This document shows positions 40,392 to 53,819 of a DNA stretch of 64,000 nt, one piece after another (positions within the stretch are counted from its first letter, which is position 1; each line of letters begins with the position of its first letter). The notes under the pieces were generated by a model, which searched no databases, was not told the origin of the DNA, and worked only from the letters and a program-made list of their open reading frames with translations. Origin of the DNA: the human T2T-CHM13v2.0 reference genome, Homo sapiens; assembly GCF_009914755.1 (NCBI RefSeq), contig NC_060931.1. One strand, given 5' to 3'. Made by a program: the position numbers and the translations under genes.

Positions 40392-40417
40392 ACACACACA
40401 CACACACACACACACAC
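40392..40417. repeat. (CA)n microsatellite
   Basis: Direct reading. Confidence 0.95.
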
Positions 40418-43400
40418 GCAAACAAAGTACATTTACATTGCATTCCCTTTAGCCCTAGTCATTTTTTTTAGGTCATCTAAATTTTGGGCTGGCCACTTTC
40501 TCACTTCATCTAATTTCTGGGATGGTCACATTTTTTACTTCATCTTAATTCTGGTCAAGGGCAGGATTTACTGTGTCTGGACAGATAGTGAGATAAAAAG
40601 GGCATGACAAAGGTGAAGAGAACACACTCCTGCCTCCCACCTCCCCTGAGAATATGTATCTCAGTCTATCATTCTTCCTTCAGAGTGATGCTCCTGGATA
40701 TAAAAGGAAATGATCAGAGACTTGCTGCTGGCTGAGTGCGTTTGAGTATATAGGATTCCTCACAGGAATTGAACTGCAAGTTTCTGCATGTCTCATAATT
40801 ATTATTCCTGTGTACTTTTGTGTCTGTAGATTATCAAAGGAGAAGGCAAAGGGGGAAAAGGGGAAAAACAGAGAAAGATATAAGTGGAGCCCTCTTCACA
40901 GCTTTTCTTTCTATTTGTTAACGGCTATGAAGATTCCTTAAAACTTGAGTGGGTTTCTGCGTTCTCCCTTCAGGAAAAGAAGAGATGGAAGGAAACTGTT
41001 GCTTCATTTTCTGTTCATGGAAGGGGAGAGAGAATATCTGAGTTTGGTGGGAGCAGGCACAGACAGCAGAAGGTAATTATGCAGCCAAATTCAGACTTGG
41101 GAGAAACACAACAACTGTGATAGGTGATTCCAGGACAGGGAAGTGTGCTCCTGACGGAACATTTTTTTCAATCTGCATTTTTTTTTTTTTTTCTCCTGGC
41201 CACCCAGACCACTTATCCAGACGTGGAACTCCCAACAGTAGCTTAGAGCTCATACAATACCAAGCACTGCAACCGCGCAGAGTTTTCTCAGTTTGAAGTC
41301 ACGGCTGAGGTGTGAAGGTGTCATCTGGATTTGGGATTTTGTCTGAATTTATCTTACGTTTAATAATTTTTTGGCAATGCTAGGCCAGAGTTATTCTTTA
41401 TGCACAATCCATAGCTTAAACAGAACGTTGTGGGTCAGGTCAGAAATACAACCACCAGTGACAACATTGATTTTGTCTGCTCAACAAATATTTATTAAGC
41501 ACTATGAGGATGTATTCCAATTTTCAAGCAAAAGTAGCAAGACATAGGCTTTTACAATTAGTGATTATCTGAATATGAGTGGCATTAAAAATGTGTATTG
41601 AAATTATTATTTTTTCAAGATATATAAAGGCTTAATCTCTTCCAGAAGATGGCAAAGAATGAATTTCAATTATTATGATCACCACTATTGATTTAATATG
41701 ACTTCTTCAATTGGATGTGCTATCTTCTGCCATAAATATAATAAATAGAAAATTATATAATCTGAAGAGTATTTTTTCTCGTTCAATTTCTATAACATTT
41801 ATTTTAAATTCACACTATGCCTTCTTAACTTGAAGAAAGCAAGCCTGCATTTGAAAAACACTATAACAAAATTTACTTCTGAGTCCAGCTTCACGTACTA
41901 AGAAATGTTGTTATTGTCTTATTGTAATGTTATTATTATGTATAAATTTTCACATCTATAATTACTATGCCATGTAATTTAAATATCTCTACATTGTCAC
42001 AGAAATATAATAGTATAATATTGACCATTTGTAGATATGTATTTTAATTTAAATGACTCATGAAATTTGAGTTTATTTTAAGAAAAAAAGGAATGGATTG
42101 AGGCAAAATAATATTGATAAGTTGAAGAAATACCAGTGGGCAGTTAGAAGCACTAAGCTGAATTTCTGACTTCTTGTCATATTCTAATTATTTGTTTTGA
42201 TTTTAAATTTGGAATATTTTAAAATACAATATTTTAGTATAAGAAAGTTTGGTTCAAAGATATTTGGGCATTTCCCATTACCCCTTAACAGTGTAATATT
42301 AATATTTTCAATATTATACTTGATACACTAAACCATAAAAAAGATTTTCTTGAACTAATCAGAACATAAAAACTCTTATTTTAAGCAAATAATATTCCAA
42401 ACAGTAAGTCTCCTTTTATAAAGACAAATGACGGTAAACAGACCAAATCAGAGAGTTTGTAAAATTCTTATTATTATGATTGAAGGAGAAAAGCTCATTC
42501 GGGTTTTGGTATTGAGGCTGATACAGATACGAATGTTCTCAACGTGCATGATTTACAACTGCCATTATACCGTGATGGCAAATCTTCAAACAGAGTTGAA
42601 ACAATTTTGATCATCCTCCCTCCCCATGAAAACAAAAAATGCTATCACAATAGAAAAAGAAGAAAAAGAAACATAATGGGTAACTGAAAGTCATTGACTT
42701 GATTTAAAATCTGGTCAAAAGATTGTGGCTCTCTGTAAACAAAGAAGCATAGACTGTCTCATTCTTTCCCACAGTAGTGTTCTGATGCAAGAGGATATAT
42801 ATTTGGGTTCCCAAATTCTTGCCTCCCTAAGGGAATTTAACTTCTATACAATTCTCAGCAATAAATATGAACCACCATTTCACACTGTAAAACATTTCTG
42901 TCAACATAGCAGATGCTAAAGATGATAGATTTGACTAAGAACACATCCAGATAATACAATGTATTTTGAGTGATTTGGAAAGAAAAGTAATCTCTGCAGG
43001 TGAAGAGAATATTCTAATGATATACTTAATTTAGACAACGTAATTTTTTAAATGTTTCTACCTTTTTTCTTTTCTTAATTTTAGCAAGGAAAAAATATTT
43101 AGAATGCTCCCAGAATTGAACTTTAAAGTAAAAGTCACAATGTTCAGCTATCTATTTTTGTTTTATATTACAGATTTATGCATGGCCTGCGTTAAATACC
43201 ATGTGAGTTTTATAGAGAAAAGAGAGGACATAGACATTACCTTTAAGAATATCCCTTATTTGCTTTTAACATAAAATGTCAATCTAAAAACTAAACATTT
43301 TAGATGGCCTTTGTGGAAATTTTCAGCTATAACCATCAGAAAAAATGGGCCTGAGAAACACTGTCAATTTTTTTAATCCATTGAACCAAATCATTTTGCA

Positions 43401-46400
43401 AAATATTGTATTTGTACATTTTTAAAACTATTATAGTTTACATTTAGAATATAAAACAGCAGGGCATAACTCTTTCAAGTAACTTTCAATTTTTAATAAG
43501 AGAGTAGATCTAGGAACAAACGTCTAAGGAGTGTTTTATTGTTGTTGTTGTTGTTATTCAAGATATGACCCATAATACGTAGATGTGGAAAATCCCTGTT
43601 TTTCCAGTGGTCAGATGTTTTGAACTTGTGTTGACTGAACCATAAAAATGGCTGACTCCACCACTACAACACTAAGGAAATTGAACCTGAAAGATACATT
43701 TCCTTGTTTTGTTCCTGGGTTTTTTTCCTTCTGAATTACTTGATTTTCCTAGGAACTTCAGAATCTCTTTTACTATTGTTTTGAAATTATTAATTAACCT
43801 CTCAAGCAAGTGAATAAAATCGATGTCACCATTTAAGGTGAGAAAAAGAAATGCTCTGCCGCACAATTTATTATCCTTTTTTAGCACTGCATGATTTTAA
43901 ATCAAGGTTTAGATATTCTGGAATGGAAAAATTGCACTAGAAAAGAATAAATTTATAGCTACAGACTCAAAGGGCCTTGTTCCCTAAAGAACCTCTGCTT
44001 CCAAGATCTTTCTGATTCATCACAAAGACCTAAATGTGGGGAGAAATATTTTTAAAAAGTTAAAAAAAGAATAATTGGAAAATATGCTTAAGTGTTGGAG
44101 AAGTGAGAGTCTGTCAGGAACAGAAATAGACAACTTAATTATCTAGAACAATAAACACCCAAGAGTAATTTCCAAAATATATTGACGTTTCTGAGAATTT
44201 TCTAGAAAATTAATTCTCGGTATGTTTTCTAGCTAAGAACATTCCCCACCAGACTGCAAATATGAAACTTGTTTTTGAATTTCTGAGACAAGAAGAAGGA
44301 ATGTTTTTATATGTAACAATGAATCACATCCTGACAGCGCCATCTACCAGTCACAGTTCAAACTGCAAGGGAAAACCGAGTTCTAAAACAAAGCTTCTGA
44401 TTTTAAGTAACCAAAACAATTTCTGAAACAATATATAATGGTGTCTAATATATGAAACATTTTATTTTGAATTCTTCATTTAATACTTTTATTATGTCCT
44501 CATAATAAATTATATAGGGGATTTCTAGTTAACCAAAAGAATATAATCCCATAGTCCTTGAATCATTATTTTTAGATCCCTGTGGCATAGAAAAATATAG
44601 CTTCCTAAGCTAATTACTATCTCAAAGTTCATTTTCCTTTCATCACTACAAATATGTTCTCCAGGAAAATATAGTGCCCATAGTTTGTCTATGTCCTTCT
44701 AACTGTGTTGGTATCTCATGCAGTGGATACTTTTATGACTTCCTGTTTCACTGGCGTTCTCATGGTATCCTAAGGTCCAGAAAAATTCTATCTTTTATCC
44801 TAGCACTGATTTGAGCTTGCAATTTAAAACACTAGGGGTTAGTCTGTATTTTTCTCTTGCAGAAATGGAAATAATTGAAACGACACGTTACTAAATCATT
44901 AAAGCATTACCACAAGCTGTTTTGGTGTAGTCGTTTGGTTTGGAGCCTGTGGAATGAAAAATGCACTATTCTGTTTTACCTTGAAGCCCTGCTTTAGTTA
45001 AAAGACATTACAGTCTCTCATGAGTATGTGGTATAAGCTTCTCTGTCCAAAACCAACAGTCAGTTGGCTCCACACTCACTCATTTCCTTCTCTCCTCTTC
45101 TTCCTCTTCCTCCCTCTCTTCTGACAGAAGCAGAAAAATTACTTGAGCATTTTGAAATAAATGTCCTTTTGGGGCCCAAGATGTCTACCACCCAATTGGA
45201 AAAGCAGGAAAGACCATGTAAACTTGAGAACCAGTGCAACTGGTGAGGCTGAGGAGCAAGCATGTTTCCAAGATGAAGCACAAATGCTTTTATGGGTAAC
45301 TGAATTGGCTGTGGCATTAGGATCTACTCTAAGGATTCAAAAAAAATTATTTATAAGCATAAATAGTAAAAATATGTAAACATTATGTACCTCAAGGTAT
45401 TTTTTTTTACATGTAACCTCCATTATAGATTGCAAATGAAACAAAAATTATATTTGTTAAATCATAAAGCCTTATTTGGTCGATTTCTTCTTTTAAAACT
45501 TCAGGAAGTATTTTAAAGAACCAGAAATTATATTCCTCTTTTTTTTATATTTTAGGGAGAAAGAATATTTAGTTTGTACTTGTTTGGATATCAGCAACAT
45601 AAAGAGCTTTTTCTTTTTTGGAGAGAAAAATTTTTATACCCTTAGCTGACTTTACACACACACAAAAATCTGGTACACAAATGTAGGCAATTTAAACTAG
45701 TCACTTGGGTGAAAATCTCTCCGTCTTCATCTCATTCAAAATATTACCTAAATGTAATCTGAACCATTTAGAGTAGCTCTACTTAAATCCTGTTATGTTT
45801 TCAGTAGTAAAGACTGATAACCTGATAGTTCCCAAGGCTTTGATGCTTACAGTTTAAATACCAAGTTGACATTACATGCTCCTTTCTAAGAATCCCCAGG
45901 GCTATATTAGAGATGAGATAAGTAAAGATGTATAGAACTGTGTAGAAATCTGTATCTTCGAACACAGTACTCTAAGTGAATATCCCTATAGGTTTAGTCA
46001 TTCTCACATTAATATAATCTTGTTACTGGTGGTTAATGAAAGACAATGAAAACTTGGCCTCAAAGTTTTAAATACTTATACATTTCTTTCGAAGTAGAAT
46101 TACTATGAAAATAGCATTTATTATACATTTAAAAATACTTCAAAGGTGTTAATTTTTAGAGGTTATGAGTTCATTTTTTCACTCATCCTTGCTCTCTAAC
46201 GTATACTTAGAATAGTATGCCCCTAAAAGGCTCTATTTAGGCCATCATAATTTCTTCTCTGGGCTATTACTTTACTCCCTAACTTAATACCTAACTTCAG
46301 TGTCGCCATTCTTCTTCCTTTGCACAGTAGATTGGTTTTTCTAATCTCCTTATCCTATCATCAGTGCATAAAAATACACACAGGCCTTCAACAGTGTTCC

Positions 46401-47344
46401 CTTATGATGGCACTTCATCCCTCCACTTCTCCATCTCCAACCTGAAATCCAGCCACACTGGATTCATGACAGTTCTTTTAAAGGCTTTGCTCTCTCGCTT
46501 CCTGTTCCCCACTCCTACCCACCCATCTCATATGTTTAGGACATCTTCATTCGTGTTTTAATGCCTACTAAAATAAAACTCCACAGAGAATCTTTCCTGA
46601 CCTCTTGAACCCTTCTCTTTAACTCCCCACGTTTCCAATTCACACTGTACTGCAACCCCGTACTTGCAATTCAATAGACTGTAGGACATTTATGGGCAGA
46701 AAGCACGTGTGATCCATTTAGAAGGATAGCGCTGAAGGCAAGGCCTGGTAAGAGAGAGTTCTCACTGTCAGTTCACTGGATAAATGAAAGGATGTTTGAG
46801 TGGACAGTCAGATCAACTCAGTAACTTTAGAAACAAAGAAATTGAGAGGTAGTTTGATTAAAAGGCTTGTCTAAGGCCACTTTTTGAAGGAATGGCACCA
46901 TGACGCCAGGTGACAATGATCATTCAGGGCTCCTTCCCCTTATAGCTCGACAACAGTTCCTGAAAAATGTCAGTCTCAATAGCATTAATTTAGGACTAAA
47001 TCTTAGCTATGTACAATGTCCCAGTAAGAATAATATTCCATGTTTGTCCTTTGTGTTTAAACAAAGCGTGTGATCAATTTGAATTTAGTGTCCTCTGCCC
47101 CATGCCTGAGGTGGGGAGCACAACTTTAGAAACTGTGAGTGGCAGCCCTTCTATGAGCAAGAAGCTTGCACACTTAGCTCTCTTTTCCATGGTTTCTTCA
47201 ATACTTAGGATTTTCCTGACTTCCTCCAGTTGTGTTTTTTTTCTTTTGCATTTTTCTTTTTTAAGTTTGGAGAAGTACAGCCAGCTGGCTGGAGTCTGCC
47301 TCCCATGTGTTCTTAATAACTATTATTTCCCCAAGGGCTAGCTT

Positions 47345-47525
47345 ATGCTTCTCAAACCTGGCTACAGATTAGAATCTCCAGGGTAACTTTTGAAAAAAAT
47401 ACCAATGTGTGGACCCACAACCAATAATTCTGATTAAATTGGTTGGGGGTAGATCTTGGGCAACAGTAGGCTATCAAAAACTCTCATCTGATTCTAATGT
47501 GTGGCTAGACCTCGCCATCTCCACT
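47345..47525. mobile_element. MER5A-type DNA transposon
   Basis: tgcttctcaaacctggctacagattagaatctccaggg...ttctgattaaattggtt...tgattctaatgtg. Confidence 0.7.
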
Positions 47526-49139
47526 CTTGACTTTTTCAAGAGAAATAATGAAATGGCCTGGCATTCTATTTAATTTGTATATCGCTTCTGTCCACAGCTT
47601 CCAGGGCAGGGGATGTTGCATGCTCAATGTATATATTCTATTCAAATGTGGAATGAATAATGAAAAGATGGTTCTTTCCTTGTATGTTATTTTGGATATG
47701 TGGCTGGTCAAAGACTCCTATAAGGACCAATAAAAAGGAAGGATCATTGGATTCTATACTGTCAATGTCTGACTTTGTCTTGGAAAAATTGCACTGAAGT
47801 CCTATTCAGAGTTGGCTTTGGAAAGCCCCTCCTTCCCCCAGGAGGGTGAGGCAAGTGGTGACAGAAGTTGATTACAGAACAAAGAACCATTTTCCCAATT
47901 TCTCTTTAATTCTGAGTATTTTCTTATCAAATTCCCATTCCTCTACACTTATTCTTCCCTTGCATTGAATATGTGATCTGAATAGGTACTAGATCAGTGT
48001 TATTATAATTTCTAATTAAGTTGTTAAGCTGTTGATATTAACATAGTAGAAGACTAATGAAAAGTGAACAACGAGCTGTTCTTGGCATAACAATAGAAAA
48101 GCGAATAGCACTCTGGCACCTTATAACTACCTAATCAGTTACTGTCATTTATGGAGAGACTGATGGTTCTCTTGAGATATTAATTTGGGTTTGGGGGGCG
48201 GTTAGGGAAAGAACATGTTGCTAATGTGTGCTAGTCAATTCATTTATATTTTCTATGCTTCTTTTTCAGAGTTCATCTGTTCCACAGTATCAGCTTACTG
48301 AGCAACGTTATCCAGGGAGCCCTATACCTCTGGCCATTGCTGATTAGACAAGAATAAGCATTTGGTTATTTGTGACAAACCTGATTTTTTTCCAGTGATT
48401 CATACTAATAGTGCCAGAGATATTCCGAGGTATTCAGAGATATTGACACCTTAAGGTTATATATTCTAAGGCCAGTGGCCAATTTCATCTATGTTTAAGT
48501 TAATAATTAAACAGGGAAATCTGGTGCTATTGTGTGGTCTAATAAATAAAATATTCTGAGTATTTGGCTTAATGAGCATGCCTTGGAATGAGTGGCAGAT
48601 AGAGAAAGGAGACCAGCTACCTGCTTACTTTTTAGTTCCTGGGAGTCCCGGCTACTCTTTCTTTCAGTCAGTTGGTGAGATTCCCTTGTGTTCATCGGAT
48701 ACATTCATTTTTTCTTAGCTAATTTATGTTCATTAAAATAACACTATCCTTAACCAGGAAGAATAATAAAGTGTTCCGTAACATACATATTTAGATTAGT
48801 CTTCACTCTGAATTTCTTTTGTTTAAAGTGATTCAAAGAAACCATTTAGCTTTAGATTGACACATTTCCAGGGGAGGATTTTCACCTAAAAGAACAGACT
48901 GTGGAAAGACCTACGGGCTTATGTGATGAAGGAAAAACAAAGAGAACTCAAAAGATGAGGAAAGAACTTGAAAGTTAAATTCTGTTACTTCATATCAGTA
49001 AGTGATTTCTTCTATATAATTTACACTGTAATATTCTTTAAATGAACAAAAATATGTATATTTGTAAAAGGCCCTATGCATACACTAGTAAGAAATGTGT
49101 TAAAAATGAAAGAAAAATGCTGACATGCCTAGGAATGAT

Positions 49140-49410
49140 TATGATAATGATAACGATTGTAAATATTATGGGCCAGACACTCTACCAATACAACAAAAAT
49201 AACAGCAATAAACTTTACATGGATGATAACATTGAATTCTAACAACAGTTTTATGAATTTAGAAATGTTATGTCTATTTTATGAATAAGGAAACCTAGAC
49301 TTAGAGCGGTTAAATCACAGTCCAAAGTTATACAGCTGTAATATGGTGGATTCAAATTGCAAAATCAACTGAGTATTGTTTTAGAGTCCGTGATCTTAAG
49401 CACTCTGCTT
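49140..49410 (-). mobile_element. MIR
   Basis: attttatgaataaggaaacctagacttagagcggttaaatcacagtccaaagttatacagc. Confidence 0.65.
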
Positions 49411-50349
49411 TAATATACTTAGAGGAAAACTTTCCTCAATTTCTGGAGATGAAGAAATGGAAAATTATCCAACCTAGTGGCAATGCAAACCATCTGAGAA
49501 AGGAGAGTCTGGGAGTGTGGCTGTCTGAGACACATCATTTCATCCCAGCCGGTGCTCTTGGGAAGAATTAGGACTTTGTAAGAAATACTTAATTTGAAAA
49601 GGATTATCTTGACACTTCTGTGGAAGGTCGACCAGAAAAAAGAAGATACATCATAAGACTATTTTAGTAATTCAAATGAAATGAAAATGTCCAGTTTGGG
49701 GTTATAATTATCAAGGTTTATAGAAGCTGGTAAAGGAGAAAAATTGTTACAGATAATTTAAAATTTTGAGTCTGGTGGACTGAAAAAATAATGATGCCAT
49801 TGGGAGCAAAAGTAAAATTATAAAGTGTCTGTTTTTTGATGAGGGAAAAAATATATTTCACTCAAGCTGTGAGCAAAGATGTGAGATAGATCTTTTCTTA
49901 TTCAAGTGAATTATCTTCCTGTTCTGTTCTAGTCAGGCTTTCTGAGTGTGCAGGTCAGCATCTCAACCTCAAATTATTCTTTTAGCTCGTCTTATTGTGG
50001 TGTTTGTCTTGTTCTTTGAGACTGTGTCTTCTTATCTCATATCCATTCTTCATTAGCTGGATAGTACACTATCTTATATGCTGATATCCTGTCTTGTATC
50101 TCAAAAAGATCCACGGTTATGGAGGCCAGTAGCTTAACCCAGTGGTTGGAGATTCTAACTAGTAGTAGCTCTTCGGTGCCAACTTTATACATACTTGGAT
50201 TTTGACTTACTGACTGATACGCACAATTCTTGTAGTGTCATATTGTTTACCTTCCAATATGTCAGCTTGATAACTTGCCTCAGATAACCTTGATTCTCAA
50301 AGGAACATCATCATAGATGTCTACCAAGTTTCCAAAGATCAGCCATTTC

Positions 50350-51200
50350 CAGTGGAGCAGATTGTACTCGGGCCATAGTCCAAATACTTATTTTCTTTAA
50401 TTTCCCTGTATATTCATTATGCCTTGATGTTACTTAATAGATCAGATATATTTATTACACATTTGCCTATATATTAATACACATGTGCACTCTGATCTAT
50501 TTATTACGTTTATTAATTACTTTCTTTGTTTTCCAAAATTGGAATCATGCTACAAATATTGGTTTGTTTTTTAAATGTTTATCCACTTACTCAATTATCA
50601 TATTTACCATTTTAGATTAGTACCTCATTATTTTTAATAGTTTTATAGTAATTTTTAAATATAGGTACTATAATTCTTTATCTCATTTTATTGTTTACTG
50701 ATATTAAGCCTGCAAATAACATTTATAATGAATATCGTTTATGCATAAGTGTCTCTGATTGCATGTGTATGTGCTGTAGAGGTTAGACTAATGTAACTGA
50801 AGAATAGATTCTTAGATTTTTGATTTCTGGGAGAAAGAGAGGACAATCTTAAAATTATATACATATTCCCAGGTTACTCTCCAAAACCCATATCTACTCA
50901 CACCAAATATTTATGACTATACACTCTGCCCACCTTTGCCCACACTGAATATTGTCGAATCTTTTTATTTAAGTAGCTAGGTAAAAAGTATAACTTTATT
51001 TTATTAGATTAATGAAGTTGAACATCTTTTTATGTGTTTCCTTCTATTTATATGTCATTTATATGTCTTCTAATGTCAAGTTGCTTCTATTTATAGGCCA
51101 TTTATATGTCTTCTAATGTCAAGTTGCACTCTTATTTTCTTTATTTTGTTATTGAGGTATATATCTTTTCATTTCATATGAGCTCCCAAATTTTACTAAA
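50350..51200 (-). mobile_element. Highly diverged L1ME-like fragment
   Basis: aatgaagttgaacatctttttatgtgttt and related L1 3'-end motifs. Confidence 0.45.
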
Positions 51201-52127
51201 TTTGAATGCAGAAGTTACTCTTTATTAATGTGCTAATTAAATGTATTTCTCTGTTTAAATGTATTTTAAACTATATTTTAAATAAAGGTACTCAGAATAC
51301 AGTACATTGAAGCAACCTTGGAGTGATTTATTTTAGGATTGTTCATTAAGTAAGAGCTACATGGAGAAACAGACTTAATCTATCTAACGGCACATAGAAG
51401 TACAACAAACTCACAGCACACACCTTCTAGACTTTAAGATCATGTAAAAGATGTCAACTTTGTACTGTCTGTTCTTAATCATTGCAGTATGTTGAAAGTG
51501 ATTTTAAAAATATTTAGCAGACATAATTGAAGTATTTACAAAGAATAAATGAAATGAGATTATGCTTGCCAGAAGTCCTATGTTGTATACATTTCTTCAT
51601 ATGTTCTATTTTTAAGGCACAGTCAACTTTCAACATATTCATGAGAGGCGTGTATAAACAAATATACTATGTTATCTCCCAACAAAATATTGTTTCACAA
51701 TTTCATATTGATTTTCAATATAATAGAATTTGTGCTGGGAGTTTAAGACTAGATTTACAGGCAAGAATGAGATTTCAATGACTATGTTTTTAATGATAAA
51801 GATTGAGGAGTTGGAAACGAAATAGAAAATGAGAAAGTATAGCTGGAGAGAGATGCTCAAGGAACAAATCCTAAATTGCCATGGGACTCAAGATAAATTG
51901 ACTTATGCAAAGCAAATTCTTCACTCATTTCTCACCTTTCTGTCAGCCCAATATCGCTTAATTCCTCTGGAAATCAGTAGAGTTGAGTATGCCTGCAGAC
52001 ATATATTAATAAAAATCTCTATCTTTGTTTTCTTTTTCTTTTTTTTTTTTCCACGTTAGTCAAGTGGATCAGCTAGAAACTTTCCTCAACACTTCTGTGT
52101 ATCTGGGGTCATGAAAAATATATTTCT

Positions 52128-52423
52128 GGCCCGGCGTGGTGGCTCACGCCTGTAATCCTAGCACTTTGGGAGGCCAAGGCGGGTGGATCACGAGGTCAGG
52201 AGATCAAGACCATCCCGGCTAACACGGTGAAACCCCGTCTCTACTAAAAATACAAAAATTAGCCGGGTGTGGTGGCGGGCGCCTGTAGTCCCAGCTACTC
52301 GGCAGGCTGAGCCAGGAGAATGGCATGAACCTGGGAGGCGGAGCTTGCAGTGAGCGAGATCTCACCACTGCACTCCAGCCTGGGTGACAGAGCAAGACTC
52401 TGTCTCAAAAAAAAAAAAAAAAA
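52128..52423 (+). mobile_element. AluY-like element with 15-bp TSD
   Basis: GATCACGAGGTCAGGAGATC...GCGGAGCTTGCAGTGAG. TSD GAAAAATATATTTCT (52113-52127) / GAAAAATATATTTTT (52424-52438). Confidence 0.95.
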
Positions 52424-52729
52424 GAAAAATATATTTTTAAGAGAGCTTCAGTGGAGGTAAATTCTTGCTGCTAAAGAATTGTAGCCAATACACATGTCCA
52501 TTGCCTTCTAAGTGAATAGTTGGTAAGCATTCAGGGTAAACATTATGTGTATTAAAATCAATCAATATGTATAAACTTATGAATGAATATTCAATATTTA
52601 TTGTGTATTTATGGTATGTTAAAGAACATATTGACGAACAAAACCAGAAAGCTTCTTTCATGAAACTCAAATATATTTTAATAGAAATATGCTCAATTGG
52701 TTTTACAGTAATATATTAAAAATATGATG

Positions 52730-53030
52730 GCATAGTATAAATCATGGGCATTGGGGTCTCACATATCTAGATTCTTGTACCAGCACTGCCACTTACTGGC
52801 TACGTGACCTTGGGCAATTTATCTGACCTCTTTAAGTGGTCTTAATTGTGTTGTCAGAGATTATTTCCTCCTGTCATTTAGAAGGTGTAATGGAAAAAAC
52901 CACTGGATTAGAGGTAGAATCCTGGCTTAAGGTTTCCACTCCTGGGTCCAGCACCACCCTGCTCTGGGTCTCAGTTTCCTTATGTATGAAATAAAGCTTT
53001 GGATAATGTAATTTGCTAAGCCTCTTTCAT
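52730..53030 (+). mobile_element. MIR fragments
   Basis: ctgccacttactggctacgtgaccttgggcaattt; ctctgggtctcagtttccttat. Confidence 0.65.
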
Positions 53031-53819
53031 ATTTTAGGGCACAAAGAACCTTTACTTTCACACTTAATTTCACATTCATGAGGGAAAATTAGCTTCCTTA
53101 ATGTTTCCCCTTCTTTTATTTTTTAGATCCTACTGCAAGGCTGTAGCTTCAAATCTAGGAGCAAAATATTTTGAAAGCTTTAGAGTTTCAAAATCATTTA
53201 TTTACTAGAGAAGACCTTTGCCATTGGATTTCAAACAATGGTAGGAGTGGTTTTAAGAAACACAGTCTACACTACAATTTTTTTCCCAAGGGCTTTGAAA
53301 GAAAGGCCTCTCCTTCTAAAACTTACATTTTTGAGAAAGGTGGAGCTGAACCCTCATCTGTAGAAAACATCAGTCAGAATCTATGATTCACTGCCAGAAG
53401 CCTTATTTTGGAATCTTTTCTTAATAACAGCCCTGTATAACAAAAAGATGCTTTGTATTTCAGCAATGCCTTTATTTAGACCACCTTTCCAATGTATTTA
53501 TAAACATGTCTAAGAAACACAGGCTATGTCTAGACTATCGAAGCAAAAAGGCACCAAAATCAAACAGAAACAAAAGTAGAGCATTGGTGAACTGGTATGT
53601 TCAGTAGTCTGAACATCCATATTAGTTTATTCCATTGATAACTCTAATAAAGATTGTAGAGAAAAGTATAACTTTTATGGCAGCAGATTTTTATTTAAGT
53701 CATTCCCTATCAGTTTGGACATTTTCAAAACATATTTATTAACTGTGATTGGTGCTGATAGCTTAAAGAAATGTCGGTTATTCAGGGCTTACCCACATGA
53801 AAAGCTAAAAATCAAAATA

